DNA from: Octopus bimaculoides
Lineage: Eukaryota
Direction of reading: 5' to 3'
DNA length: 62,457 nt
Assembly: GCF_001194135.2 (NCBI RefSeq)
Contig: NC_068988.1
Coordinates: 84,371,920 to 84,434,376, forward strand
Shown here: in pieces, positions 50,433 to 62,065 of the stretch
Layout of the letters: every line of letters starts with the position of its first letter
Position numbering within the stretch: position 1 is the first letter of the stretch
Position numbers and translations under genes: made by a program
The notes under the pieces: generated by a model
Told to the model about the DNA's origin: nothing
Database searches by the model: none
The model's input: only the letters and a program-made list of their open reading frames with translations

Positions 50433-52226
50433 GTGCCTAGGAAAAAGATAAAGTGCAGCTGTATTAAGAGTCTTTAAAGAGGATTTGATTCAAAACAAGC
50501 CTTTTCAAAAGTAGTAAAGTAATTCTAACTGCATCTAGTTTAGAATATACTTTGGAGGGTGTTCTTTAATAAGTGGGGCTTAGAAAGGACAGGACAACTC
50601 TCATGACATTTTCAGACTTCTCATCTCCCACAGCCTTGCAGATTTGATGGGGGCAAGTAAGGTTTAATCTGTGATTTACAGAACAAAACACAGTATGATG
50701 TGAAGAGTGTTGGGTGGGTTTGGTATACAACTTGCTAGTTTTGAGATGCAGGGGCTGTTGTTGCTTAGCTCAAGATTAGTCCCCAAATGAGCAGACCTAT
50801 GATCGGAAGTGTTTCAGTTTAGTCTAATCCCATCCTTTTGTTTCCACTTGACATTATGTAATGTCACTTTTAAAAGAAAACAATAGGATGTGATTAGAGA
50901 GATATCTAGTTGCTATTTTTAGCAGAGTGAAACACCATGTAGAGGATACGTTATTGGTTGATGAAGTTGTCGTTGTTGTTGTTTAGCTCCAGGCTAGCCC
51001 TGATAGAGCTGACTATCTCATCTTTTATTCTGACATAATGTATTTTGGGTGACATTATCCAATGTGTCTTTCCTTGACAAATGTTTCGAGCAGGTTGAAC
51101 AACCACATACAGCTTCCCTGGTTTGCTAGTTGTCATTGTGGTAGAGGAAACAAATGAAAGATATAAGGTTTCTATTGACCTATAGTAGTTGTAGTGCATT
51201 TTAAATATGAAGGCTTGCTGATTTATTGAGACATGATCAAAAATGATTGAGTCTATGTGTATATTAAACAGCAGTAGCATCCTAGTATATGTCAACAGGA
51301 TATTAATACTGGTTACATTTGGGCTTCAAAGAGAATCAGGAACTGATAAAGCTTGGAATATTTTGGCAATAAAACTGAAACAAGATCAATGTGTTTAGTA
51401 GTTATGCAAGAAGATATGAGTTCGGTACCAGGGACTGACAAAGCACTCATTAATTTTATGCTATTATTTACAGGAATATGATGTTTCACTTTGTGGTACC
51501 TACTTCAAACTATGTGGATTGAATGAATATACAAACTGTTGACATCCTGCTTAAATGGTCATCAGTTGATATAGTTCTACTTGCAGTGTCTTGTGCCCTT
51601 TAACTCCTGATGAAGTACTAAGGATATTTTTTTAGACTTAATGGAGCCCATATCTCTACAAGTCTGACCTCAGTTGATTTCTTCTGGAAAAAGAGAGAGA
51701 AAAGCAGAAAGAAGAATCAACCCCATCACATGATACACCACATTTTATATACCAACTCTGAAAGACTAAGTTGACCTCAGCAGTATCTGAACTTAGAGTG
51801 GAACAAATACTGCATGATAATCTGTCTAATGCACTCACAACTTGGCCAGTTAGACCTCCTTACACTTCTACTGTCAAAGTGAGTATCTCTAGTACTCACA
51901 ATTAGGAATTGTTCTAGTTCTTTCAGGGAGTAGTTCCAGTACTCAAAAGAATGTACTCTCTACCAACACTGCAAACTCATGACTACATTCTGCACAACTG
52001 GCTTGAGCCAATAAGAGGGGATCTTGAGATGCTAAAAATAGCAGCCAAATTTTCCTCAGATCACATCCTACCAACCACAAAAAAAAAAAAAAAACAAGTT
52101 GGCTAATGTAGTCTGGGTTATATTAAACCTCAAAAAAGAATTAAAAAGATGAGATGGTCATGGCTAGGATTACTTTGATCATATGTCTGCTCAATTAGTG
52201 CCAACCTGGGGCTAAACAAGATTTAC

Positions 52227-52440
52227 ATGCTATCATTAGCACCACCACTACCATCATCATGTGTTGTGCATACCACTATCATCTGCATGCAATCATCACA
52301 TACACATCACCATCATCTGCATGCTACCTTCATCATTTGCACACCACTACCACCACCTACAGACACAACCACCTCCACTCCACCACAAACACAACTACAC
52401 CTCCTCCTACAACCACCACCACCACCACCACTTCCATATC
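52227..52440. repeat. Degenerate (CAT/CAC/CAA)n triplet low-complexity tract
   Basis: Direct reading. Confidence 0.7.
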
Positions 52441-53072
52441 TACTAGGTCTTATAATGCTTCACTAAGTACTGAGAGAGATTGTTTCCTGAGGAAGTGGTT
52501 CAATCTCCCATTAATAAGCCATCACATCCTCTAAGCTAATCACTAACATTTACTTCATCATCCTCTCCTTGTCCTCCTTGCCACATTATTGTCACCAATT
52601 CCTTGTGTGAGAAGAACCCAGATATTCTTCTCTGCCTCAACCACCCTCACCACCTTTTTCACTACTGCAGCAGCTACTACTGCCAACACCACCACCACCA
52701 CCACCACTACTACTCACAACCAAATATATTCTGAGATTGTAAGGTACTGAACATCCTTCTAAGAGTTTGAAGGTTCTGACTAATCCTGGTACTTTCATTG
52801 CCCCCCATCGATGCTGTGGTACTGTGGTTGGTCCTGACATTTTAATTCCCAAAGGGTTTAGCTGAATGCTGACCAGATGAAAAGACTGGAGATCAGTGGT
52901 TTATGCTTGTGTCACACAAGCACTGTGGTACTGTTTGAAAGTGTATTAACTATATATTATATTTTTATATTAACTATATGTAAATAAATATGCATTTAAT
53001 TATATATTAACTATATGATTAAGTATATAGCATGGCCATGTGCAAATGACTGAAACAAGTAAAAGTATATAT

Positions 53073-53109
<37 letters not shown>

Positions 53110-53221
53110 NNNNNNNNNNNNNNNNNNNNNNNNNNNNNNNNNNNNNNNNNNNNNNNNNNNNNNNNNNNNNNNNNNNNNNNNNNNNNNNNNNNNNNNNNNN
53201 NNNNNNNNNNNNNNNNNNNNN

Positions 53222-55066
53222 AAAGACTTGAGGTATTTTGTGTTGCAAGACAGTGTGTGAGAGAGAATCGTGATGTCATGGGAGAGAAATGTGTTTGCAT
53301 GGATGACGGTACACTGGCACTGAATGAGGCTGCAAAGAAAGAGGTTTGGAGACGCCACTATGAAAGGTTGCTCAATAAAGAGAATGAATGGGAGAAAGAG
53401 AGTCTGCCGAATGTCGACCCAACAAAGGGACCAGCTATCCGAGTTGACAGTACCATGGTAGATAAAGCAATTAAGAGTATGAAGACAGGGAAGGCCCCCA
53501 GCCCATCAGGAATCACTGCAGAGATGCTCAAAATATCTGGCAGTGTCGGATATAGCCTAGTCACCTGTATTGTTAACCAGGTGATACACAAAGGAGCCAT
53601 ACCCAATGACTGGTGTAGCAGCACCATGCTCAATTGCTACAAAGGTAAAGGTGATGCTTTAGATACAAATAATTACAGTGGTATCAAGCTGTTAGATCAG
53701 GTAATGAAAGTCACGGAGAGGGTCATAGCCCAACCGCTTAGGGAGCGAGTCAGTTTAGATGAGATGCAGTTTGGGTTCGTGCCTGGGAAAAGCACCACTG
53801 ATGCTATATTTCTGGAAAGACAGCTTCAGGAGAAATACCTAGTGGTCAATGAGAAAACTAGGGATAGATGAATGGGTAGTGAGAGCTGTGCGAGCCATGT
53901 ACAGAGATGTGGTCATTAAGGTGAGGGTTGGCAATGAGTAAAGTAATGAATTCCGGGTAGAGGTAGGGGTCCACCAAGGTTCTGTCCTCAGCCCCCTCCT
54001 ATTTATCATAGTCTTCCAGGCTATAACAGAGGAATTCAAGACGGGATGCCCCTGGAAGCTCCTCTGTGCTGATGACCTTGCACAAATTGCTGAGTCACTA
54101 TTAGAACTAGAGGAGAAGTTTCAGGTGTGGAAGCAAGGACTAGAATCGAAGGGCCTTAGAGTCAACCTAGCTAAAACCAAAGTCCTAATAAGTAGGAAGG
54201 TAGATAAAACACAAACCCCTTCAGGTAGATGGACCTAAGAAGCATCAGATGTGGTGTGCAAGAGAGACGATTGCGCTAGTATGGTCAAGTGGTGAGAATA
54301 AATGAGGATAGCTGTGTGAAAAAGTGCCACACCCTAGCAGTTGAGGGAACCTGTAGAAGAGGTAGGTCCAGGAAGACCTGGAATGAGGTGGTGAGGCACG
54401 ACCTTCAAACATTGGGCCTCACCGAAGTGATGACTTCTGACCGAGACCTTTGGAAATATGCTGTGAGTGAGAAGACTCGGCAAGCCAAGTGAGACCTAAT
54501 TCCAAGGCCTCTGCCAAGGGTGTAGCCAGCCCACTTATGGGTACCTTTCCTTCTTTGGACACTAAACTCTGCTTGCGAAGACCTGTTGAGGCAAGTGAAA
54601 TCGAAATCGAACTAAATTTGACGACTAGCCCCCATTCCAATGTCTCCTTCATTGGACACTAAACTCTGCTTGCAAAGACCTGTTGAGGCAAGCGAAAGCG
54701 AAATCGTGATGACACCTGTGTCCAGCGTCGTCTTCCTGGCACTTGTGCCGGTGGCACATGTAGAGACATTCAAGCAAGATCATTGCCAGTGCCGCTGGAC
54801 TGGCTCCTGTGCAGGTGGCATGTAAAATACACCATTTTGAGCGTAGCCGTTGCCAGTACCGCCTGACTGACCCTCATGCCAGTGACACGTAAAAGCACCC
54901 ACTACACTCTCGGAGTGGTTGGCGTTAGGAAGGGCATCCAGCTGTAGAAACTCTGCCAAATCAGATTGGAGCCTGGTGTAGCCATCTGGTTCACCAGTCC
55001 TCAGTCAAATCGTCCAACCCACACTAGCATGGAAAGCGGACGTTAAATGATGTTGATGATGATGAT
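53222..55066 (+). mobile_element. RTE-clade LINE, 5'-truncated at a gap, two internal deletions, complete 3' UTR and (GAT)n tail
   Basis: KSMKTGKAPSPSGITAEMLK, NYSGIKLL, QFGFVPGKSTTDAIF, GVHQGSVLSPLLF, LCADDL, R..RPRKTW-like C-terminus and stop at 54490-54492. Confidence 0.93.
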
Positions 55067-55115
55067 ATAATATATAGGTATATATATGTATATGTGTATA
55101 TATATGTAAATTCTC

Positions 55116-55151
<36 letters not shown>

Positions 55152-55505
55152 NNNNNNNNNNATCAAGGTCACCAGCCCCCTTCCACATGCACATACACGG
55201 TCTCACATACACATGCACGCACACCTTCGTTTTGGGATCACCACTATTTTATTATTTCCCCTTCTTCCTAGCTCTCCTGTGTGACCACTCTGTCCAGCAT
55301 CCACCATGACAGATCGCTAGGCACTAAAACCTTTTCTATTTTCTCTCCCTGTTTATTTCTGTGTTCCTTTCTGTCAAAGAGCTTAGGCTCGAAACCTAAA
55401 AGACCTTCTCACTTCACTTCCCAAGCGTTAAACTAATACATCTGTTTGTTGTTTACACACCCATCTTTGTCTTTTGTTTTTTGTAAATTCACACTATACA
55501 TAATA

Positions 55506-55548
<43 letters not shown>

Positions 55549-56861
55549 NNNNNNNNNNNNNNNNNNNNNNNNNNNNNNNNNNNNNNNNNNNNNNNNNNNN
55601 NNNNNNNNNNNNNNNNNNNNNNNNNNNNNNNNNNNNNNNNNNNNNNNNNNNNNNNNNNNNNNNNNNNNNNNNNNNNNNNNNNNNNNNNNNNNNNNNNNNN
55701 NNNNNNNNNNNNNNNNNNNNNNNNNNNNNNNNNNNNNNNNNNNNNNNNNNNNNNNNNNNNNNNNNNNNNNNNNNNNNNNNNNNNNNNNNNNNNNNNNNNN
55801 NNNNNNNNNNNNNNNNNNNNNNNNNNNNNNNNNNNNNNNNNNNNNNNNNNNNNNNNNNNNNNNNNNNNNNNNNNNNNNNNNNNNNNNNNNNNNNNNNNNN
55901 NNNNNNNNNNNNNNNNNNNNNNNNNNNNNNNNNNNNNNNNNNNNNNNNNNNNNNNNNNNNNNNNNNNNNNNNNNNNNNNNNNNNNNNNNNNNNNNNNNNN
56001 NNNNNNNNNNNNNNNNNNNNNNNNNNNNNNNNNNNNNNNNNNNNNNNNNNNNNNNNNNNNNNNNNNNNNNNNNNNNNNNNNNNNNNNNNNNNNNNNNNNN
56101 NNNNNNNNNNNNNNNNNNNNNNNNNNNNNNNNNNNNNNNNNNNNNNNNNNNNNNNNNNNNNNNNNNNNNNNNNNNNNNNNNNNNNNNNNNNNNNNNNNNN
56201 NNNNNNNNNNNNNNNNNNNNNNNNNNNNNNNNNNNNNNNNNNNNNNNNNNTTCACTTCCCAAGCGTTAAACTAATACATCTGTTTGTTGTTTACACACCC
56301 ATCTTTGTCTTTTGTTTTTTGTAAATTCACACTATACATAATATATATGTATATATATATATGTATGTGTATATATACTTTGCCTTTCGTCCTTTGGGTA
56401 TCGATAAATTAAGTATCAGTTGTATACTGGGGTTGATCTAATCAACTGGCCCCCTCCCCACAAAAATTTCAGGCCTAGAAAAGTATATTGCGACAGTTAC
56501 AGAATATAGAAAATAATGTAACACCAATGACTATATAATCCAACCAGAATATCTGTTACACAAATGTAAACGGAATTACTATTTAACCTTAGAATATACA
56601 TTGTACATATTCAAAGAACCTTCTTGGTCTAGTGGAATGGAAAGTTTTTCTGGTATTCTTTTATTCTTTTACTTGATTCAGTCATTTGACAGTGGCCATG
56701 CTGGAGCACCACACTTTAATCGAATGAAGTGACTCCTGGAGTTATTCCCTGTAAGCCTGGTGCCTATTCTATCAGTCTCTTCTGCCGAACAGCTAAGTTA
56801 TAGACAAAAACGCACCACCATCGGTTGTCAAGTAATGGTGGTGGTGGGACAAACACAGACA

Positions 56862-56902
<41 letters not shown>

Positions 56903-56942
56903 ACATACATACATACATACATACATACATACATACATACAT

Positions 56943-57421
56943 GTCAACATCCCACTAAAGATTAGAGAAAAAGAGAACAACTACGCTGAGCTACTGAGAA
57001 ATTTACAGATACTCCACCCAGACTACAAGTTCAGATTCATACCCGTGGTTGTTGGGGCATTGGGATATGTAACGAACTGCCTCAACAAAAACCTGGAAAA
57101 ATTAGGGTTCTCAAAACCTGAAAGAAAAAGGCTGATTAGAAGACTACAGATTCAAGCCATCAATGGAACTGTAAAGATATGTAAAACTTTCCAAAAATTT
57201 AGCACATAAATACATATGCATGCATCTAGACATAAACACGCATCCATAAAACAAACATACAAATCTGTGCATACACTAACACCAAATACTGCACACACAC
57301 ACATATATGCACAAATACCTAGATGGTGTTGATAAAAGTTCCAATGAAGGAGCCTTGAATCTATGTTAGAGTCCGGCTCTTTCTCTATGGACAAGAAATA
57401 CAGAAATGAAACTGATTGATA
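56943..57421 (+). mobile_element. 3' end of a restriction-like-endonuclease LINE (R4/Dong/NeSL-like) within (TACA)n
   Basis: KIREKENNYAELLRNLQILHPDYKFRFIPVVVGALGYV...LQIQAINGTVKICKTF* (stop at 57207-57209), ~210 bp 3' UTR, (CATA)n on both sides. Confidence 0.7.
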
Positions 57422-57440
57422 ACATACATGCATACATACA

Positions 57441-57473
<33 letters not shown>

Positions 57474-57669
57474 GATGGGCTTGGAGGTAGTGGTGATGCT
57501 GGCAGGTGCGATTTTGTGGTTTACTGGTATGCCGAGTGAGATCCAGCGCACAATCATATACATACAAACATACACATACATGCACACACATACACAAACA
57601 CATACCTAGAGAGAGAGAGAGGCATACAGATAGACAGTATGTGTCAAATAGTGCATAACGAAGTTTTCA

Positions 57670-57687
57670 CCTCTCTCTCTCTCTCTC

Positions 57688-57729
<42 letters not shown>

Positions 57730-58040
57730 TCTCTCTTCCTACTTGTTGCTTTGTCACTGACTGGAATTGTTTTAGTTGTCTTCAAAAGTCTAATTGACAT
57801 CCAATATTTGCTGTGTGTAAGCATCTACTGATTTAAGTATCTCCTGTCTCTCTCACTCTCTCTTTCTCACTCACTTTTTCTCTCTCTCTCACTGTCTTTC
57901 TTTCTCTCTTAGGTCCTCTCTGAAACATTTAAAAAGACAAAACAAACGCCATCACCACTCATTATCTCTTTCACTCTCTCTCTTTCTCTCTCACTCTCTC
58001 TTTCTCTCTTACTTCCTTTCTGTCATCCTCTCTCTCACTT
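57670..58040. repeat. (CT)n/(CTCA) microsatellite region
   Basis: Direct reading. Confidence 0.85.
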
Positions 58041-58364
58041 TGCCACTTCTTTGAAGTGTGACACACACCACAGGTACGTACAAAAACAAAAAAATTAGCA
58101 TATTAATATTATTGATAAGTTGAATCAATTTGTTGGACTTTTATGGTTTTTATAATTATTAATATAATATTATGTTACGTTATATATATATATGTATATA
58201 CAAAAATAAGAGGAATGACCAGCAAAAGTGGACTCCTATATGCTAGAAATAGATGCCGAATCATCTAACCACGAAGAATATGTTCTCAGTAAGAATTTCA
58301 GCGACCCAACAGACTGTAAAAGGGCAAGACAAATGAAAAAATACTAAATAAAAAAACGATTAAC

Positions 58365-58429
58365 CTACGTACCATGGTTTCACCTGTTAATATTTACATA
58401 AGCAAATATCTGCAGGATCATCAGCGTAG
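58365..58429 (-). ncRNA. Type I hammerhead ribozyme, minimal/Penelope type with palindromic stem III
   Basis: Minus strand ctacg-CTGATGA-t-cctg...cagg-t-GAA-ACCATGGT-A-cgtag: core boxes intact, 5 bp stem I, GUA cleavage triplet. Stem II closes with U.U instead of G-C. Confidence 0.75.
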
Positions 58430-58799
58430 TCTGTCGATTTATAAAATACAATTTCCAGAACTAGACACAGGACGTCCACCCGAAAGGGAGCATGTGTAGA
58501 GTTCTATAAATTACATTCAGTGTATCCTTTCAAATTTCTTCAATCTGGTGCGCTGAGTCCGGAAATAACTCTGCAGTTAATAAATTTCTGCAGCTAATTT
58601 ACCGGTTTGAGAACATCAATATTTAAAATTTAATAATAAGGGTAGAAATTGATATTAATCAATTAAAACCAGTGGTCTAGCATATTTTAAAAAATCTGAC
58701 GATTAAAATTATATTTCATACAAAAATAAGAGGAAAAATAGCACACTATATATAGATGTGTATGTATATACTATATACTATATATATATNNNNNNNNNN

Positions 58800-58841
<42 letters not shown>

Positions 58842-60135
58842 CTATATATATATATGTATATGTATATATAAGTACGTGCTTACATATATATGTATATATG
58901 TATGCATATATGGGTACAGGACGTCATAGAATGAAAACAACATGAAGTACTAAATACGAAAACATGGACTACAAACTTTTTTCCGAACAACAAAAGAAAC
59001 AAATGGAAAGCAAAACAAGTAACATAAAGAACGACCGTTCATCAGTTGTTGGCTGTTTTATCTACTCCTCATTTCAAGCAATTACGACAAAATGTGCCTT
59101 CGTCAAAACTGTTGCCCCATCACAGCAAATTAAATAAAATTTGGGTTTTGTGGAAGGTCAAATTTGGTAAGGAAAACAGGACAGTATATATATTTATAAT
59201 ATGTATATATGTATATATATATATATGTATATACTGTTGTATCTGGGGAGAATCATTCTCTTTTAGTACCTTATAATTTAACACACTCACTGGGTCTCCT
59301 TCNNNNNNNNNNNNNNNNNNNNNNNNNNNNNNNNNNNNNNNNNNNNNNNNNNNNNNNNNNNNNNNNNNNNNNNNNNNNNNNNNNNNNNNNNNNNNNNNNN
59401 NNNNNNNNNNNNNNNNNNNNNNNNNNNNNNNNNNNNNNNNNNNNNNNNNNNNNNNNNNNNNNNNNNNNNNNNNNNNNNNNNNNNNNNNNNNNNNNNNNNN
59501 NNNNNNNNNNNNNNNNNNNNNNNNNNNNNNNNNNNNNNNNNNNNNNNNNNNNNNNNNNNNNNNNNNNNNNNNNNNNNNNNNNNNNNNNNNNNNNNNNNNN
59601 NNNNNNNNNNNNNNNNNNNNNNNNNNNNNNNNNNNNNNNNNNNNNNNNNNNNNNNNNNNNNNNNNNNNNNNNNNNNNNNNNNNNNNNNNNNNNNNNNNNN
59701 NNNNNNNNNNNNNNNNNNNNNNNNNNNNNNNNNNNNNNNNNNNNNNNNNNNNNNNNNNNNNNNNNNNNNNNNNNNNNNNNNNNNNNNNNNNNNNNNNNNN
59801 NNNNNNNNNNNNNNNNNNNNNNNNNNNNNNNNNNNNNNNNNNNNNNNNNNNNNNNNNNNNNNNNNNNNNNNNNNNNNNNNNNNNNNNNNNNNNNNNNNNN
59901 NNNNNNNNNNNNNNNNNNNNNNNNNNNNNNNNNNNNNNNNNNNNNNNNNNNNNNNNNNNNNNNNNNNNNNNNNNNNNNNNNNNNNNNNATATATATATAT
60001 ATATATATACGTGTGTTTGTATATATATTTATAATATGTATATATGTATATATATATATATGTATATACTGTTGTATCTGGGGAGAATCATTCTCTTTTA
60101 GTACCTTATAATTTAACACACTCACTGGGTCTCCT

Positions 60136-61258
60136 TCAGAGCTTTTCTAAATCTAGTACTCCATGGGCTGTGGCTTCTACAAACACCACTCCTTGATATT
60201 TGTTGGTTTTATACCATGTGTTCACCCTGTTTGCTTTGTCACAAGTCCTTTGTATCCTATTCCAGACTTTGTTTCTATATCCAGGGCAGGTACCACTGCT
60301 TTCATTATGTATAATGTTATCTAATTTCCTTCTAGCACCCTTGTATACTTGAACCCTATCTTTCTGATCATATCCAGAGAATTGCATGTGGCACATGAAG
60401 TTCTGTATATGTTTTTTCGTTTCATAGGGTTCGCATAGTGGGGACACATTGTTCATTATCCTAATTGTCTCCTATCAGTATGTTAATTTTCATGTTGTGT
60501 GACAAAGCTGAGTTCTTATGAACAACATATTTTGAAGCTATGGGTTTCATGCAATAGGAATGGAGGAGCTGCACTCTATTGTTTACAGTCTCTAACCAAA
60601 GTTCAGTATCAAGTACAAGGAGTCTGTTGTTGGGGTGCTTAGTGGGGTAATCTATAGTTACCTTGATACTTTGGTGGATGGAGTTAGCTACTTGCTGGAT
60701 GCTCTCCATTACATTCCTCTCAGTTTCTACACGACCGTCACTAGAGTTGGTCCTAACTATGATATTAATGTCATCTACATATCTACTGTAGAGTAGAAGA
60801 GTTGTGGACTGTTCTGCTAACATATGCTTAAGTTTTCTGTCCCACCAGGTCATGAAGAGGCTGGCCACATCTCCAGCTACACCGACACCGATGGCTGCAC
60901 TTTGAATCTGCACGTGTAATTTTTTGTTGAACTTTACTATGTGGTTCTTCAAGGTAGTTTTTACACTGGCCCCTATTGCATGTGCAATCATTTCTTTCAC
61001 CTGATTGTTGTCCTCAGGGTTTGGGGTAGGTGTGGTCCACCTACCCAAAATGTTGGCGTAATTCTCTAGCCAGAATTGAATTGCCTCTATTCCTAGGTTG
61101 TGGGGGATATTAGAATAGAGGTTGACTACTTTGAAGGATACTAGTAGGGTGTTTTTGTTTCTTGTTTTAGGGAGGTAATTGAGCATATTCAGGTCATCTT
61201 TTATGTGGCTTTTGACATGCTTGAGGAATGGTTTTAAGAGGGTATCTAAAAAGTTTCT
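60136..61258 (-). mobile_element. Penelope-like element reverse transcriptase fragment
   Basis: NFLDTLLKPFLKHVKSHIKDDLNMLNYLP, LVSFKVVNLYSNIP, Q..AAIG...ASLFMTWWDR, YSRYVDDI, LVLDTELW; frameshift at ~60460 into a continuing ORF 60136-60456; no GIY-YIG domain retained. Confidence 0.85.
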
Positions 61259-61840
61259 GACTCAATAGGTCTCCTCAAGCATGGCATGTTGCCCTATGAT
61301 CCAGGGGTACTTTTGGGTTGGCTAGTTATGTGACACTGGTGTAGGTTACAGCTGTGATCTGACTTTTTTTGCAGGGTCTTCTCAGTCACAGCATATCTCC
61401 AGAGGTCTCTGTCTTTCGTCATTTCTTCTGTGAGGTCCAACATTCAAAAGTCATGCTTCACCACCTCATCCCATGTCTTCCTGGGTCTCTCTCTACCCTG
61501 GATTCCTTCCGCTGTTTGGGAGTGGCACTTCTTCACACAGCTCTCCTCATCCATCCGCAGTACATGACTATACCAGCGCAGTCGTCTCTCTTGCACGCCA
61601 CATCCAATGCTTCTTATATCCAACATTTCTGTCAGGGTGTTTACACTCTGTTGTATGTTCACACTGACATTACACATCCAGCAGATCATGCTAGCTTCAT
61701 TTCTTTTGAGCCTATGCATATCTTCAGTAGTCATGGCCCATGTTTCACTGCCATGAAGCATGGCAGTTCGCACACATGCATCAAACAATCTACCTTTCAC
61801 TCTGAGCGAGAGGTCCTTTGTCACCAGTAGGGGTAGAAGC
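61259..61840 (-). mobile_element. RTE LINE 3' fragment
   Basis: LLPLLVTKDLSLRVKGRLFDACVRTAMLHGSETW...RRLRWYSHVLRM...RPRKTWDEVV. Confidence 0.88.
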
Positions 61841-61961
61841 TGTATATACTATATAAATATATGAACTATTTATACATATATGTTATATATATATATGTAT
61901 AGTTATATATATTCATATACTATATAAATATATATACTATATATATATATATACTTTATAT

Positions 61962-61997
<36 letters not shown>

Positions 61998-62017
61998 NNN
62001 NNNNNNNATACATACAC

Positions 62018-62061
<44 letters not shown>

Positions 62062-62065
62062 CAAA

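Noticed and set aside
53257-53871. 204 aa ORF as a host gene
   Set aside because: It is part of the RTE ORF2, broken by deletions and stops.
55413-56361. ~110 bp identical direct repeat (55413 and 56251) around a 702-N gap
   Set aside because: Both copies end in (TA)n and flank a gap; most likely a scaffolding duplication.
59039-59045. Another CUGAUGA on the minus strand
   Set aside because: No GAAAC with closing stems I/III at a workable distance.
59184-60137. 119 bp identical direct repeat (59184-59302 and 60019-60137)
   Set aside because: It flanks a 686-N gap. It could be a tandem PLE LTR piece, but this cannot be separated from an assembly overlap without reads.
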